A DNA stretch of 63,409 nt, the filler included, from Kipferlia bialata (lineage: Eukaryota), in the NCBI GenBank assembly GCA_003568945.1. It is 4 parts of 4 records of this genome, joined end to end, with 100 filler letters (N's around TTAATTAATTAA, not from the genome) between each part and the next. Parts side by side here need not be neighbours in the genome. Positions count along the whole stretch, not along the records: positions 22,245 to 44,296 come from BDIP01000307.1; 3 more parts are not named here. The stretch is one strand, 5' to 3'. Below are positions 27,224 to 41,269 of this stretch, piece by piece. Both the position numbers and the translations under genes were made by a program. Each line of letters opens with the position of its first letter. Within the stretch, counting starts at the first letter, position 1. The notes below the pieces were generated by a model. The model searched no databases and was not told the origin of the DNA. It saw only the letters and a program-made list of their open reading frames with translations.

Positions 27224-30200
27224 CTAGTCTAGGAGACAACATCCTCCTCTGGCGGCCAATGTGTCCACCATAAGTGCATATGCATACATCCCCTCAGCCC
27301 CACTAGGGCATGATGTAACACCAGCCACTGGGTATGACCCAGACCCCTTAGTATTGCAATACGCCCCTATTGTCATGTATGTACCCCCAACACTGTCCCC
27401 CAACACCTTCTTCACCCCCTCCTGTCCTAAAAACCACTCTGCAGTAACTGTATCGTACACACATGTCTGAAAGTGCCCACTACCCAGTCCAACGAGATAG
27501 GGACCAACGGTTACCATATCAACACTGGTCATAGCGTCATCTGGTAAAGCTCCCTGACAGACCCACTCCCCTACGTGACAAGTATTATACTTGTCACACG
27601 TAAACGAGTAGAGCTCACCATCGAGCTCTAGGTAGACAGTATCTACAGTGGACGCAAGCACAGTCCAGTACTCCCAATACTCTGGTTGTTAGTTCAAAAG
27701 ATGCATCTAATACAGGAGACACAGTGTTGATTGACAACAGTTGTCAGTCCAGTACCCCCAGTACTCTGGTTGTCAGTTCAAAACACACACATATCTGAAA
27801 AGGGTACATAGTATTTGTCAAACGCGATCTGACCTGAGTCTTCTTTGAAAGAGGGTGACGGAAGCTGCGTCCACTCCTTAGTATAGGACGAGAATCTTAC
27901 AAAACGAGTATTTGGTCTGTATTCCTCAGTACTGCCCACTATGAGCAAGTAGAGGCATCCGTTTAGAGTGAAGCTGCAACAGCCTGTAAATGAGATGACG
28001 CTTCATATATACATATATAAGTAGGTTGTAAATATATAATGTTCACGTGTAGAGTGAAACTGCAACAGCATGTCAATTAGACTCTCTCGCTATCTCTCTC
28101 TCAATCTATGGAATGATGTCTGTGTGTGTATATATATATATTAGGTCATTATTTTACCCCATTAATTGAACACGCCATAACTAGTGTTGATATACATTAG
28201 ACTTATATATACAGTGATATATATAATAGAATGATGTATATAGTGTGCGTACCTGACTCGTATAGTGATCTGATCCAGTCAGGGGACAATGCTAGACCCG
28301 CTCCCTCTCTCTCCCCCTCCTCCCCAGTAATGTGCCATTCATCCATCACCTTCCACCTGGGTATCAGTATCAGTATGAATATCATAAGAATATCAGTATC
28401 AGCATCACTACTACTCCCCGCTGAGTATCAATATCAGCATGAATATCAGTATCGGTATCACAACTACTTCCACCTGTGTGTCTCTCTGTCGAACAGAAAC
28501 AAGTAGTATGCGCCACCTGCAGTCTTGCCAATGGCATATCCAGTGGAACCAATGAGCTGAGAGGTAAGACTGAGGGAGAGAGAGACAGAGAGAGAGAGAG
28601 AGACAGGAAGAGAAGTGTCCTCCAAGACCCGAAAAACACAATATGCAAACACACTATTCATAATTCTTTCAATATTTATATATATACACTACAGATTTGA
28701 TTTCGTCGAATAGGTGACCCTCTTCGTCAACAATGTCACGAAAAGTACATTATACATGTACACTATACATGTATATGTATCACTATTAGGGATACACATA
28801 TATAGATTTATGCATTATAGATAAGTATACCTCGAACAGGTGACCCTCTTCGTCAACAATGTCACCCCAGGGTAGAGGAACGCTCCGTAGGGCACACACA
28901 CTTTTAGAGACACTGCAACCACCCTGGGATAGGGAGGTACTGTGTATCTGTTTATGCATCAACACATTGATAAGCAAGAATTCATTCTCTCTCTCTCTCT
29001 CTATACATACCTATATATACAGTATATATAGAAATATATGCATATCAATACCTCATGGCAGTACTCTCCGGCAGAGTCACTAATTCTACGCCTCTCTCCC
29101 TAACTCTCTCTTTATCTCTCTCTCTCTATATGTATATATATAGTATATAGTATAGTATATATATATATACTTGCACGTACTATCCTCAACAGTACTCTCA
29201 GGCAGTGCCACACATTCTCTCTCTATATATCTTCATATGCATAGAGAGAGAGTATATATACATACCTCAACAGCAGTACTATCAGGCAGTGTCAGCACAT
29301 AGAACTCCTCGTTTCCTCCCTGGTCTGCTAGCAAGACCTGTTTGTTAGTCTATATATATAAGTATATGTATAGAGAGAGGGAGAGTAAATCTAGCAAGAC
29401 CTGTGTGAGTGGAGAGTCGGGAACAGCACATACAATAGGCGACACAAACCCAATTGTTTGCTAAAATAATAGGACTCTATCTGTATGAACATGTGGAAAG
29501 ACCCCTTACCTGTGGGAGAGTGAGACATATATGCAAATATATATATATACATATATAGAGACAGACAGATATACTTACCTCTGTGGGAGAGAGACTCATG
29601 ACACTCCGATAGTCTGCGTGCTCTAGCACTACCCTGGTCTCTCTGTCTCTCTCTCCCTCTCTCCTACTGGTCTCTGTCTCAGTCAGTGTGGGCACATGAT
29701 TAGCCCCTGTTAGTCAGTGTCTGTATATATGTATATGTGCAGCAGAATCCATGTGTTTATGTCTCTATGTATATATGTATGTATACGAGACTATATATAC
29801 CTATGGTGATTGGAGTGGGGTACCACTGGACCCTGAAGGGAAGGCAGAACTGGGTCAGAGGTATGAGTCTATAGAAACATTGCATACATATACCCGATAT
29901 CATAGCCATTATAGGAAGATAGAAATATGAGGTGCCTGAGAGAGAGAGGGTTGTATACATAGGGAGGGAGACAGACGCACCATGTATTGACAGGCCTTGG
30001 AGTGAGAGAGACACAGACACTCACCACACAAACACATACATACACATAAATACAGCATTATACTAATATAGTAAAGCAATACAGTAATGTAGAACACACC
30101 ATGTCCTGACAGGCCTTGGAGTGTGTGGACCAGTCATATTAACATGTATATAGAAGAGTTGTATATATATATACATATATATGCAGTGGGTGTGTGGGAG

Positions 30201-31041
30201 AGAACCGCACCATGTCCTGACAGGCCTTTGAGTGTGTGGACCAGTCATATATATATTAGAGTTGTATACATACATATAGAGAGAGAGAGAGAGAAACAGA
30301 GTATGTACCATGTCCTGACAGGTATTTGAGTGTGTGGACCAGTCTCTGCGCATATCAGTGAGAGGCACTAGGCGCCATCCACTCTCATTCTCTCTCTCTC
30401 TCTCTTTCTCTTTCACTGATGTTCTTCTCCTGTTAGAAACAGGGACAGACACCTCACACATGTCTCTCTCGGCACAGGTGATACAGCGCAGGTAGGGCTC
30501 TGAGAGTCAGTAAACACACGTTAATTGTACATTAGAGATACTGTGGGTAGTTGGGTGGGTGTAATTATAGGAGAGAAGGTGGGAAGAGAGGGGATAGGGG
30601 GGGGGGGGGTTCCAGTCCACTCTAAATTATTGTGCGTGCTGAAATGCAGATATAGCCACAGTGAATAATCTAAGAGATATATGTATCTGTATATATAATA
30701 GTATATACATATACTGAATGATGTAACAGTGACAGAGAGAAGGACATATTTAGATATATATATATGGAGCCTCACCTGCATACAACCACTGTCTGCCCGA
30801 CCCCTGTTCCACTGCCTGTACCAGTGCATCCAGGGTGTCATAGTCAATAGACCAGAGGGCAGCTGGTATACCTGGGTGAGTACACATATACACAATACAT
30901 ACAAATGTAGCAATTTCGTTCACTATATTTATATAGGTATATATTCATTATATACATATCAACACCTGTGCCCATGGGGTCGACACGGACACTCATCGAC
31001 TCCTTCTGTAACAAAGAGGGGTCTCTCTGCCGGTTCAACAA
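27224..31041 (-). CDS. Multi-exon kelch-like protein (possibly degenerate)
   Basis: The terminal segment reads TVYLELDGELYSF...GEWVCQG...VTVGPYLVGLG...CVYDTVTAEW. Upstream exons read WKVMDEWH, LIGSTGYAIG, VLLADQGGNEEFYVLTLP and VYQLPSGLLTMTP. The frame at the ~27700 junction is not cleanly resolved. Confidence 0.5.
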
Positions 31042-31521
31042 TCGAAAGAGAAGAAGACAGAAGCTGTATGAAGCAGAAACACAAAAGGGTCTGAGTAGTT
31101 CTGGTGACCCTTGTGTAACACAAGGGCCTTGTGTTTTGATACCGAGATACCCTTGGGGCTAGTTTCTGATGCTGGACACCACAATACCCACACATATTAA
31201 CGATTACCAATAGGTGGTTTATTCTGAGTTGTTGTGTATTGTTAAACAACGCTGACAACAAATGAAAAGTTACACTCACTGATCGACTCGATTGGTAGGT
31301 AACGAAGGATTTACCGAGGCTCACATGGTTGGGATGGCGCTTGCAGAGAGGTCATGTATGATGGTTGGTGACGTTGGAATGACCTCGCAGCCATCATATC
31401 GGAGTGTGTTGCAATGTGAATGTCTGAAGTAATGGCTGAGCCAATTATGGCTCAATCTCGTCCAGGAAGGGCTCGTAAAGTGTCCATCAGCGAAAAGATC
31501 CCATTGTCTAGCACGCTGTAT

Positions 31522-34500
31522 TTACAAATCTCTCTTGTATGTTGTCTTAACACTGACACTGCTGGTCGGAGCGTGCTGCCAAACCACAACCAGAGGGTAC
31601 TCTGCCCAATCGCTCCTCTTACAGTAGAATGAAATGTCCTCTCCCTTCCCCTTTGTGGTGTTCACAGTGACATCGGAAATGCACTCTCGCCTCCTAATCT
31701 GAGTGCTGTCACCGCACCGGATGACTAATATTGAAAGACTAGATGTAGAGCACATGAACGAGACATTTACAAGCTTCACGCACACGTTCTGTTTTCCACC
31801 ACCGAAGCCGCCGGGACAAAACGTTATGAACACCTCGGTCCTTTCCCTTGGAAGCACTGGAGGTACATGTAGGATACTCTCCCAGACTCCCTTCCAGTCA
31901 GAACGCTGCTCACTGGAAGGTTTCTGAGGCTGTTCACCAATATATGCATATTCTCTCACGGATAGGTAAACAAGCTGATACCCCTCACTGCCTTCGTCCA
32001 GAACCAAGGAGTCAAACACACGAGCCCTCAGTTTGGTATCGGTCAGTGTGCACCCCCTGAGATCTGCTCCCCGAATATCCACCCTAGTTAGATCAAAGCC
32101 TCTCAGATCAAGCCCCTTCAAGTCTATCCCCTTGGCACTCTTTATCCTCTCCGAAAGCACAACTTCGACATGATGTCCATCCTCTGTGGTAAGTGCGCTC
32201 TCTCTCACGAACATGGTTGATCTGATTCCAGTGGCGTGACGCAGAATGGTGCCGTCGAGGGTAGCGTCTGACAGACAACAATCGGTCAGGACTGCCCGGC
32301 TGAGGTCAAGACCGGAGAGGTCTGCGCCAGTTAAATCTACTTCTGTCAGGTTGACACCTTGGACAAAATACGCCTCATGTAGGTGGGTGCACTTCAGCCC
32401 TGTGCCTGACAGGTTGGCGTTTCTCAAGTCCAGACCTTTGAAGCTAACGCCCTTGAGGTTCAGTCCATGAAGGTTAATACCTTTAACACTAGTTGCCTTG
32501 CAAAGCATATCCCCTCTTAGTCCTGTGACACCTAGTAGACTGGCATGGGAGAGGTCAAGACCGGATAGATCCCACCCAGAAATGTCTAGGCCTGAGAGAT
32601 CCACTCCTGCACAACTTGCAGCAGTCCTTAGGACCCTTGGTGTGACACCCGTTGCGACTGAGAGCTCACAACCACTCAATGTGCTACCGTCAAGGTCAGC
32701 AAAGGTGAGGTTTAGTCCGTTCACATCTAGAGTGGTCAGAGCTCTCTTCCTAAGGTCTGGACCTCCGAATGATACGCCAATTAGGGTGGCAGAAAATACA
32801 TCAGTGTCAGTGAAACTGCAGTCTTCGAAGCTGCAGTCAATGAAGTGGGCGCCGAACACCTTGGCCTCGTCTAGCTGACATCTGATGAAGGTACATCTCT
32901 GGAAAGTGGCACCACTAAGATCCACAGAGTTCATGTGGCACTCTGTGAAAGTACACTGCTTTGCCATGACACCACGGGAGGACGTGATGGTAGCACCCAC
33001 AAACTGCCACTGTACTAGGCATCTGTTCTCAAGAGCAGGTCCTACATCTATGCATCCTACACAGACGTGTGTCGCATATCCAGTCTGCAGAAGATGGTAG
33101 AGATGGTCCGTGGATGTGACCTCTATCAACAAAGCCACAGTACTTGTTGTTGAGTCATCATCGGTCTCTCCCACTGTATTCCACACACCCTCCTTGACCT
33201 CGAAACACTGAGTCAGTGTTACACTGACCCTCAGCCGGTGCAAGTCCATTCAGGATTGAGTGGCCTACATACTCTCCCATGCCTGACCCATGGGCAGAAG
33301 GCACCAAGTCAACGTCACCAACTCTCTCCTCAGGGAGTACTCGGTAGCGCCTGTAACCAGTGTGTGTCATGAGCACAAGGGAGCGGCCATCCGGGTGGGC
33401 GAGTACTGGTCCACACAGTGCATATGGTATCAGGGATGCTGTGGATGTGTCGAGGTCAACACAGAGTAGCTGCCCGTGCATGGTAGTGTATATGTGTTGT
33501 CCAATACATACAGCAGGTGTGTCAAGAGCTGGGATGGGGACATCCTGATCCTCACCTCTCTTCTTGGGAGCTACAAGTACACCCCACTTGGCATCCGCTA
33601 CCTGCCACTCATAGACACCCATTATGGTGAGGGAGTCGTCGAGGGAGACAGCGACTACTCTTCCATCCATAGGTGCTAGAAGGGTGGGAGGAAGATGTGC
33701 GCCCTCGATGTCGAGAGACTCCGGTAGAGTGGGGATCTGAGAGCCGGAGACGTCAGACACCGTAGCCAGCTGCAGTGCAAATCTGTAATCCCTTAGATCT
33801 ACAGATATCAGACTGTCTTCTCTTGCATAGAGACAGTATCCGTGGAGGGCACAGGTGTCAAGGATGTCCCCATCCAGGTCTCCTGATGTGTTCACTACCA
33901 CACACGTAGAGTCATACGTGGCTAAACACAGCATGTGAACCAGGGGGTCATAGAAGACAGGTCCGATTGGTGTGCATATCTGAGGGAGGGTCACGGCTGA
34001 TCTGGACACTGTCCCTGAGGAGAGGCATACGTTGGTGTACTCTCCACCAATACCCACAACAGCAGTGTCGAGAGTTCCAGACAGCCTGAGTGTATGATAC
34101 ACTCTATCACTCACAGGTACCACTAGAGGAGTAGAAAGTGTGCACGACAGGTTGACACAGATACCCTCACTGGGATCTACAGAGAGACGCAGTAGGTGAG
34201 AGAGGCGTCCGTCAGTGACTGGGGCAACCAGAAGAGATCCGTCGCTCTGAGGCCCAAGGTGTATTGTCTGACTCTCGTCCAGCAACACACTAGCTTCAGG
34301 ATCTAGCCTGACCGGAACTTCACTCCAACAGAACTGAGCATCACCAACAGGTGCACTGTCTTGTGAGGTGCTTGCTCTGATGCCATATGCAGTCATACTG
34401 TCTCCTTCTGTCACCAGGTGGAGCACACCACCATGAGTGCACACATGGTGGCCTGTGTCAGGTACACCAGCCACAGGGGAGAACTGTACCACCTGTGTGA

Positions 34501-34818
34501 GGGGGCATCATTTGATGGCTATATCCTAATAATAGTGCTCACCTTGTTCTTGACTGCCGTGACCAGTCTAGTGTGCTCGGCGGTCAGGCAGTTGATGATC
34601 CCGGACTTGATGTCACTAATAACAGAGGCTGGGTCTAGCAACACTCCAGCAAGGGACAGAACAGTCTCCATCTTTGGGAACTGAGGTGAGAGACAGCAAC
34701 CCTGCTCCAGTGCAGTCTCTCTTTCTCTCTCAGCTGGGGTACGTGGATCGTCAACCCTGGAGTCAGAGACTATACTGTCAAACTCTACAGTTTTGGGTTC
34801 ACTTGACTTCATGAACAA
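31522..34818 (-). CDS. Pentapeptide-repeat protein with an N-terminal beta-rich region (three ORFs joined by short introns)
   Basis: ORF 31522-33249 has many A(D/N)LxG-type pentapeptides (VDLSGATF, ANLSGTGL, ADLSGLDLS, ADLRGCTL). A 50-nt intron at 34542-34493 (GTGAGC..cacacag) joins the upstream ORFs in frame. A probable 61-nt intron at 33268-33208 (GTAGGC..ctgactcag) joins the 444-aa and 575-aa ORFs in phase 0. Confidence 0.8.
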
Positions 34819-35147
34819 ACATGGGAGCCATCTCTACTGCTGCTGCAGACTGAACCAAGATCAATGACCATAGACTTGAGGGATTGAAAGTTTCAATTTG
34901 AAACTATACCCAGACGCTACGTACCACTGCGCAATCAGGTTGTATGGACCGAGACGGCTGCCCAGAGCCCTCTGTATCATGACAAGTGGGGTGGAGAGGG
35001 GGATGGGGGCAAGAGTGTCAGAGGACAGCAGCTGTAGACGCTGGGAGGAGGCAGGGTATGTTTTCTCTAGCTCTTGATCTGTGGGGTTAGAGAGTTCGCT
35101 TCTAGAGATTACTACAAAGAACGTTTGTGAGTGGTTGGTGTTAGACT

Positions 35148-35600
35148 CTATGGCCCATTGAGTCTATGACTCATAGACTCTATCATAGAGTCTCTATGAG
35201 TAGTCGCTGAACAGTGTATACAGTATATAGTGTTCATACTCTTCCCACCTTCATCATAACTGTGATCACTCTCATCCTCAGAGCCTGACTCCTCAGTTTC
35301 GGAACCAGGATCACTCTCATCACCGCATGTGGCAGTAGTCTCAACCACACCAGCCAGGACACTAAGGGGTGTAGATGGGTCATAGTCCTGAGGGACAGCA
35401 CACTCAAGCAGGGTGGTGCCACCCATGTTGGTCACACAGATGGTGAAGGGAACAACAGGCATTCCTCTACTAATTACGGGCAAGCCAGGAGTTTCCAATG
35501 GAGGGGACCAGTGATACAAGGGTGAAGAGAAGGAGAGGTGGTGGTTCTGATGTATACATATATACTGTAGCAATACTGTTGACCCATACACCTGGGCTCA
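35148..35600 (-). CDS. Small hypothetical protein with an acidic stretch
   Basis: The ORF includes MPVVPFTICVTNMGGTTLLEC...ESDPGSETEESGSEDESD and is followed by a GTGGGA donor-like site. Exon structure is uncertain. Confidence 0.3.
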
Positions 35601-35893
35601 AGGCAAGGGTTACTATATACTCATCAGTATACAGTATACAATTGTCTATGACCAACTGGTCCAGTTACTGGATCATACACGGACACTATGCCTAAACACA
35701 TCATTTATAGTATCACGGTTGCATCAGAGCCGGTTTTACATTTGCGCCCATTCCTTTCAGAGGCTTGGGGCATCGGTATCTCTCTCTCTCTCTCTGTAAT
35801 CTGAATATATGCAATAGAGCTCTCTCTCTCTCTCTCCACTGCACTATTAGAGATAGGACATCCTCCTCTCGGTGGTATGGAGAAGACTAGTCC

Positions 35894-35936
<43 letters not shown>

Positions 35937-35951
35937 GAAGTTCTAGATGCT

Positions 35952-38900
35952 CTAGACGCTCTCCTCAGCTGGGACGGCAGCGTCCATGTCACCCTCGCCA
36001 GAGGCCCTCAGGAAGACCTGGGGGGTCAGTGCCAACACATAACTATACATATATATGTATACTGCACGTAGTATACAGTACTATATACACAGGTATTATA
36101 CCTCAAACAGGGATGTGGATGCCAGACCCATGTCCCTGATGGCCAGTCTCTCAGAGTTCATCTGGAGGTACCTGTAATTAGACTTGTCTGTGCAGGTATC
36201 ATTGTAACTGTAGGGATATTCCAACGTGTAATTACTATTAGTATCAGCATGTGTCTAATTGTGGTCACAGTATATACCTGTAGATGGTGGCAATGTCTCC
36301 TGTGGCTGTTGGGATCCTGAACACATAGTTGCCAAAGACACGCTCGGCCTCAGCGGCAGGGCAGACCTGAAGGTGAGTGTGTGATTATATGTAGAGAGAA
36401 GTCTAAATAACTGCGGACCACACAATAACCGTACCTCCTTCACGCCCTGCACGACTGGGTCCTCTGGCAGAGGCAGGGTGCAGTTCTCGGCAATGAGGGA
36501 CAGGGTGAGACCGGTGGAGTATCTGGCCTAGGGTTAGAGACATATATTCACAGAGATCCACTACAATATACATATTGAGCAGGAGAGAGAGACTAGGGTG
36601 AGACCGGTGGAGTATCTGGCCTAGGGTTAGAGAGTATCTATACATAAATATGTGACACATAGAGAGGGATATAACTTCTCAAGAGATAGAGAGAGAGAGA
36701 GAGAGATACCTTCAGGTCCACGGCAGAGCCCTCGCAGCGGATCTTTCCGTTGACAACAATCAAGATACGGGTAGAGAGAGCCTCGGCCTCCTCCATCTAC
36801 AGGGTCAGATACAGATGTCATGTGTAACAATAATATATACATATATATATATAGAGAGAGAGTATTGGTGAATGGGGTGGACAGAGCCTCGGCCTCCTCC
36901 ATCTACAGGGTTAGATAGATACAGAGAGATCCGCAAAGTATAGTGGCATAGTATAATACTGATATATGCAAGAGAGAGAGAGTGGACACGTACACTGTGG
37001 GTGGTCAGGAGCACAATCTTGTCCTTCTGGGCCTTCCTGCGGGGTTAGAAGGTTTTCAATACATCACATACATATATATCAATATGGATTAATATATACA
37101 CACATGTATACATACTGTACCTGATGTTCCAGAGGCCTTGTACCTTTCAATATATCTATCTATACACTCTATCTCATTCTATCTTTCTATCACTGTATAC
37201 ACACACACATATATATATATACATACTGTACCTGATGATGTTCCAGAGGCCTCTCCTGGACTGGGGGTCAAGGCCGGTGGTGGGCTGGGCGTGAGAGGGA
37301 GGGGGGAGAGAGAGAGGCAGAGGTTGAACCAACACGATATAGAGCGTTGAGAATGGATTCATATTTGTATACCTCTTCGAGGAATATCATGTCGAATGTT
37401 GTTCACTCAGTAGCATAAATATGTATATATATACTATATAAATATGTATATATATACTATATGAGTACGTTACCTCGTCTAGGAATATCATGTCTGCGCC
37501 TCCGATCAGGGCAATGGCCACACTGATATATATATATAAATATATATATTTGTATATATAGCACATACAATGTAATATACTATCAGTATTGATACAATAT
37601 ATGTACTAACCTCGTCTAGGAATATCATGTCTGCGCCTCCGATCAGGGCAATGGCCACACTCAGTCTCCTCTTCATGCCACCGGAGAAGGTACTGGAGTG
37701 AGATACATGTATATGAATCTAAATCATATTAACAAGACATGTATTATATACTAATGTCTACATACCGCACTGCGTTCTTGGCCACGTTGGCCAGCTGGAC
37801 ATATCCATACAAATAGGATAGTGTAGTATATATAAGATATATATATATAACATACCGCACTGCGTTCTTGGCCACGTTGGCCAGCTGCACATGCTCCAGC
37901 ATGGTGTCACACTGCTCAGACAGGGCAGCGCCAGAGAGACCCTTGAGGTTAGGTATAGGGAGAGAGAGAGAGAGAAGGTATGGTGTCACACTCCACAGAG
38001 AGTCAGACCCAGAGAGGCCCTAGAGGGTAAGAGGGATATCCTTATCTATCTATATATACAGAGAGAGAGACATAGATATATCCATACAATACCTTGATAG
38101 CACCGTAGAACATGAGGTGGCTCCTGGCATCGAGGTCGAGCCACAGGGCATCGTCCTGGGGGCACACGCCGTATCTAGAGGTAAGGAGAGGTATATAGAT
38201 ATTCATAGGGAGATAGAGATGGATTGAGAGATAGAGAGAGAGAGAGAGAGTGACTGGACATCGTCCTGGGGGCACACGCCATACCTATAAATGAGAGAGA
38301 GAGAGAGAGATTGAGAGAAAGAGAGTGAGAGGAAGAGAGAGCTCTTGGGAAATAGTTTGTGGTACAGATTCATCCTCGATCCACCCACTGTATATCCCCA
38401 TACCTGTGGCTGAGCTTAGCGCCTATGCACACATACATACACATATATATACATACACACATATATATATATATATGCGTATATATCTATATATAAGCGT
38501 ATATATCTATATACATAAGTATATATATATGAAGTGATGTATCTATATCCCTGTACCTGTGGCTGAGCTTTGCGATGGAGGCCATGCCGGGCTTGGCCTG
38601 ATATAAGGGGCTAGAGAGAGAGAGAGAGATCACCCACGAGAGTACATGCACAATAAGTATTCGGTCCAAGTATGAGCACTAAGTCATACACTATTGTGTA
38701 CACGTCTATACCTGTGTCATGACTGTCTGTCCGAGGGCAGTGACTAATCATCCATCCACATACCATAGTAATGTTTACAATGGTTACATATATCCACTAC
38801 ATATATATATATATATGTATATATATATGCCCACACCTGTGTCATGACTGTCTGTCCGAGGGCAGTGACGTCACCACAGGCCTGGGGTGAGGGACATCAA

Positions 38901-39778
38901 CACGCAAGGACATACACATAGTCCAAATGTAGAGACAGAGAGAGAGAGAGCGAGAGTACCTTGACGCGTCCAAGCAGGGTACGGATGGTGGTCGTCTTGC
39001 CAGAGCCGTTGGGGCCTGGGGTCAGTGATATGAATGTCTCCACTGTTTCAATTACCAATATAGTGTTATCCTGTAAACAACGCAATGCATGTGAATACCG
39101 CTACACATACTCACCTAGGACTCCGAGGCACTCTCCCATGTGTCCTGTGACCTCTCTACCCCCCCCCTCTCTCTCTCAATAGTATCACCACCATATCTCT
39201 ATCATATATATATATATTTCACCATACCTAGCACTCCGAGGCACTCTCCCCTGTGTCCTGTGAGAGAGACACCACGGACAGCATGGATGGGGGCACCGCC
39301 TGGGGTGAATATACACTACACATAGTAGAAATGGAGAGAGAGTGACACCGCTATCTCACTATTCAAGCATGTACCTGGGTTGGGGTATGTGACGTGGAGG
39401 TTGTCACCATGATACATATACTATAAGGATATACTACATACACTATGATATAGGATATGTGTAGGTGTATAATACCTGGGTTGGGGTATGTGACGTGGAG
39501 GTTGTCCATCATGATACGTACCGTTATTGTGCATGTTACTATACACTATATGGGATATGTGTAGCTGTAATATACCTGGGTTCGGGTATGTGACGTGGAG
39601 GTTGTCCACCTTGAGGAGGGTGTCCCCAGAGTGCTGGTTGATGATGGCAGAGGCAGAGGCATCAGTGGTGAGAGATATCTGGAGTTAGTAAAGAGAGAGA
39701 GAGAGAGGGAGAGAGAGAGCTGGCAGATGATGGCAGAGCCAGAGGCATCAGTGGTGAGGGATATCTGCTCATTAGAAG

Positions 39779-39813
<35 letters not shown>

Positions 39814-39872
39814 TAATGGTTGATGATGGCAGAGCCAGAGGCATCGGTGGTGAGGGAGATCTGTATTTTAGA

Positions 39873-39923
<51 letters not shown>

Positions 39924-40810
39924 TGTTGATGATGGCAGAGCCAGAGACATCAGTGGTGAGGGAGATCTGTATTAGAAGGGGGGGGGGGAGAGAGAGAGAG
40001 AGTGAAAGAGAGAGAGAGAGAAATGGTTGATGATGGCAGAGCCAGACATGTCGGTAGTAAGGGAGATCTAAGGGTAAGAGAGAGAGAGAGTCCAGTATGA
40101 ATATACAGTATACATATTTACATACCTCTCCGCTCTCCTCTGCCACAGGCACCCTCTCCACCACTGCAGTGCTGGCCTTCTGGCCCTTCAGCTTGGCCCT
40201 GGGGGGTCAGAGAACTATCATACTCATATGCAACACATAACATATTGACAGCATTATTGGTGTAAGGAGTTTACCTGATCTCGAGCATCTTTGATAGTGC
40301 CACTGCTATCCACGCCTCGATGTGCTTGTCAAGGATGGCACCCAGGACCATGCACACAATGCCAACGGCAACAAGAATGGCAATGATCTGGGGTGAGTAC
40401 ATGGTAAATATATATGTGTAAATTGAATGGTACTCCAAGATGGTAAATATGAATTCAAGTGAGAACACTTGAACAAACTTAGAGTAATACAACCATAATG
40501 ATGTATCATGTGATACTATACAATATACACATATACATGAATATAAATACCTGGAAGAAGTAGTCCTCTGCGTCTGCCAGGTGGAACTCGTCTTCATCAG
40601 CCACAATATATAAATGTCACATATATATATTATAGTATATATATAGTATATGGTAGAGTAATAGTGTAGTTATATGATTACACTACTGTACCTGGAAGAA
40701 GTAGTCCTCAGCGTCTGCCAGGTGGAACTCGTCCTCATCAGCCATGATGAACAGGAGCTGCATCACAGCCATGGAAGGGAGGGCGGTGGAGACGTTGACC
40801 TGGGGTAAGG

Positions 40811-40854
<44 letters not shown>

Positions 40855-40903
40855 TGCATCACAGCCATAGAGGGGAGAGCGGTGGAGACATTGACCTTGA
40901 GTA

Positions 40904-40950
<47 letters not shown>

Positions 40951-41221
40951 AAGAAAATTGTATATGTAGTATCTATATATTGCTCTCTCACCTGCTTGGG
41001 GGAGTATATGAATGATGCAATGGTGGCACATGTATATTGTATACATACATCACTAGGAGTAAGTGTATATACACAGTGTGTATATATATGTTAAGAAATA
41101 TACCTGCTTGGGGGAGTATATGAATGATGCGATGGTGGCACCCTCGTTAAGGAGAAGGACAAGGACCCAGCCAACAACGGTGGCAAGTCTCTCTGGGGGT
41201 AAGAAAGGGGGTGGGGGGAGA

Positions 41222-41269
<48 letters not shown>

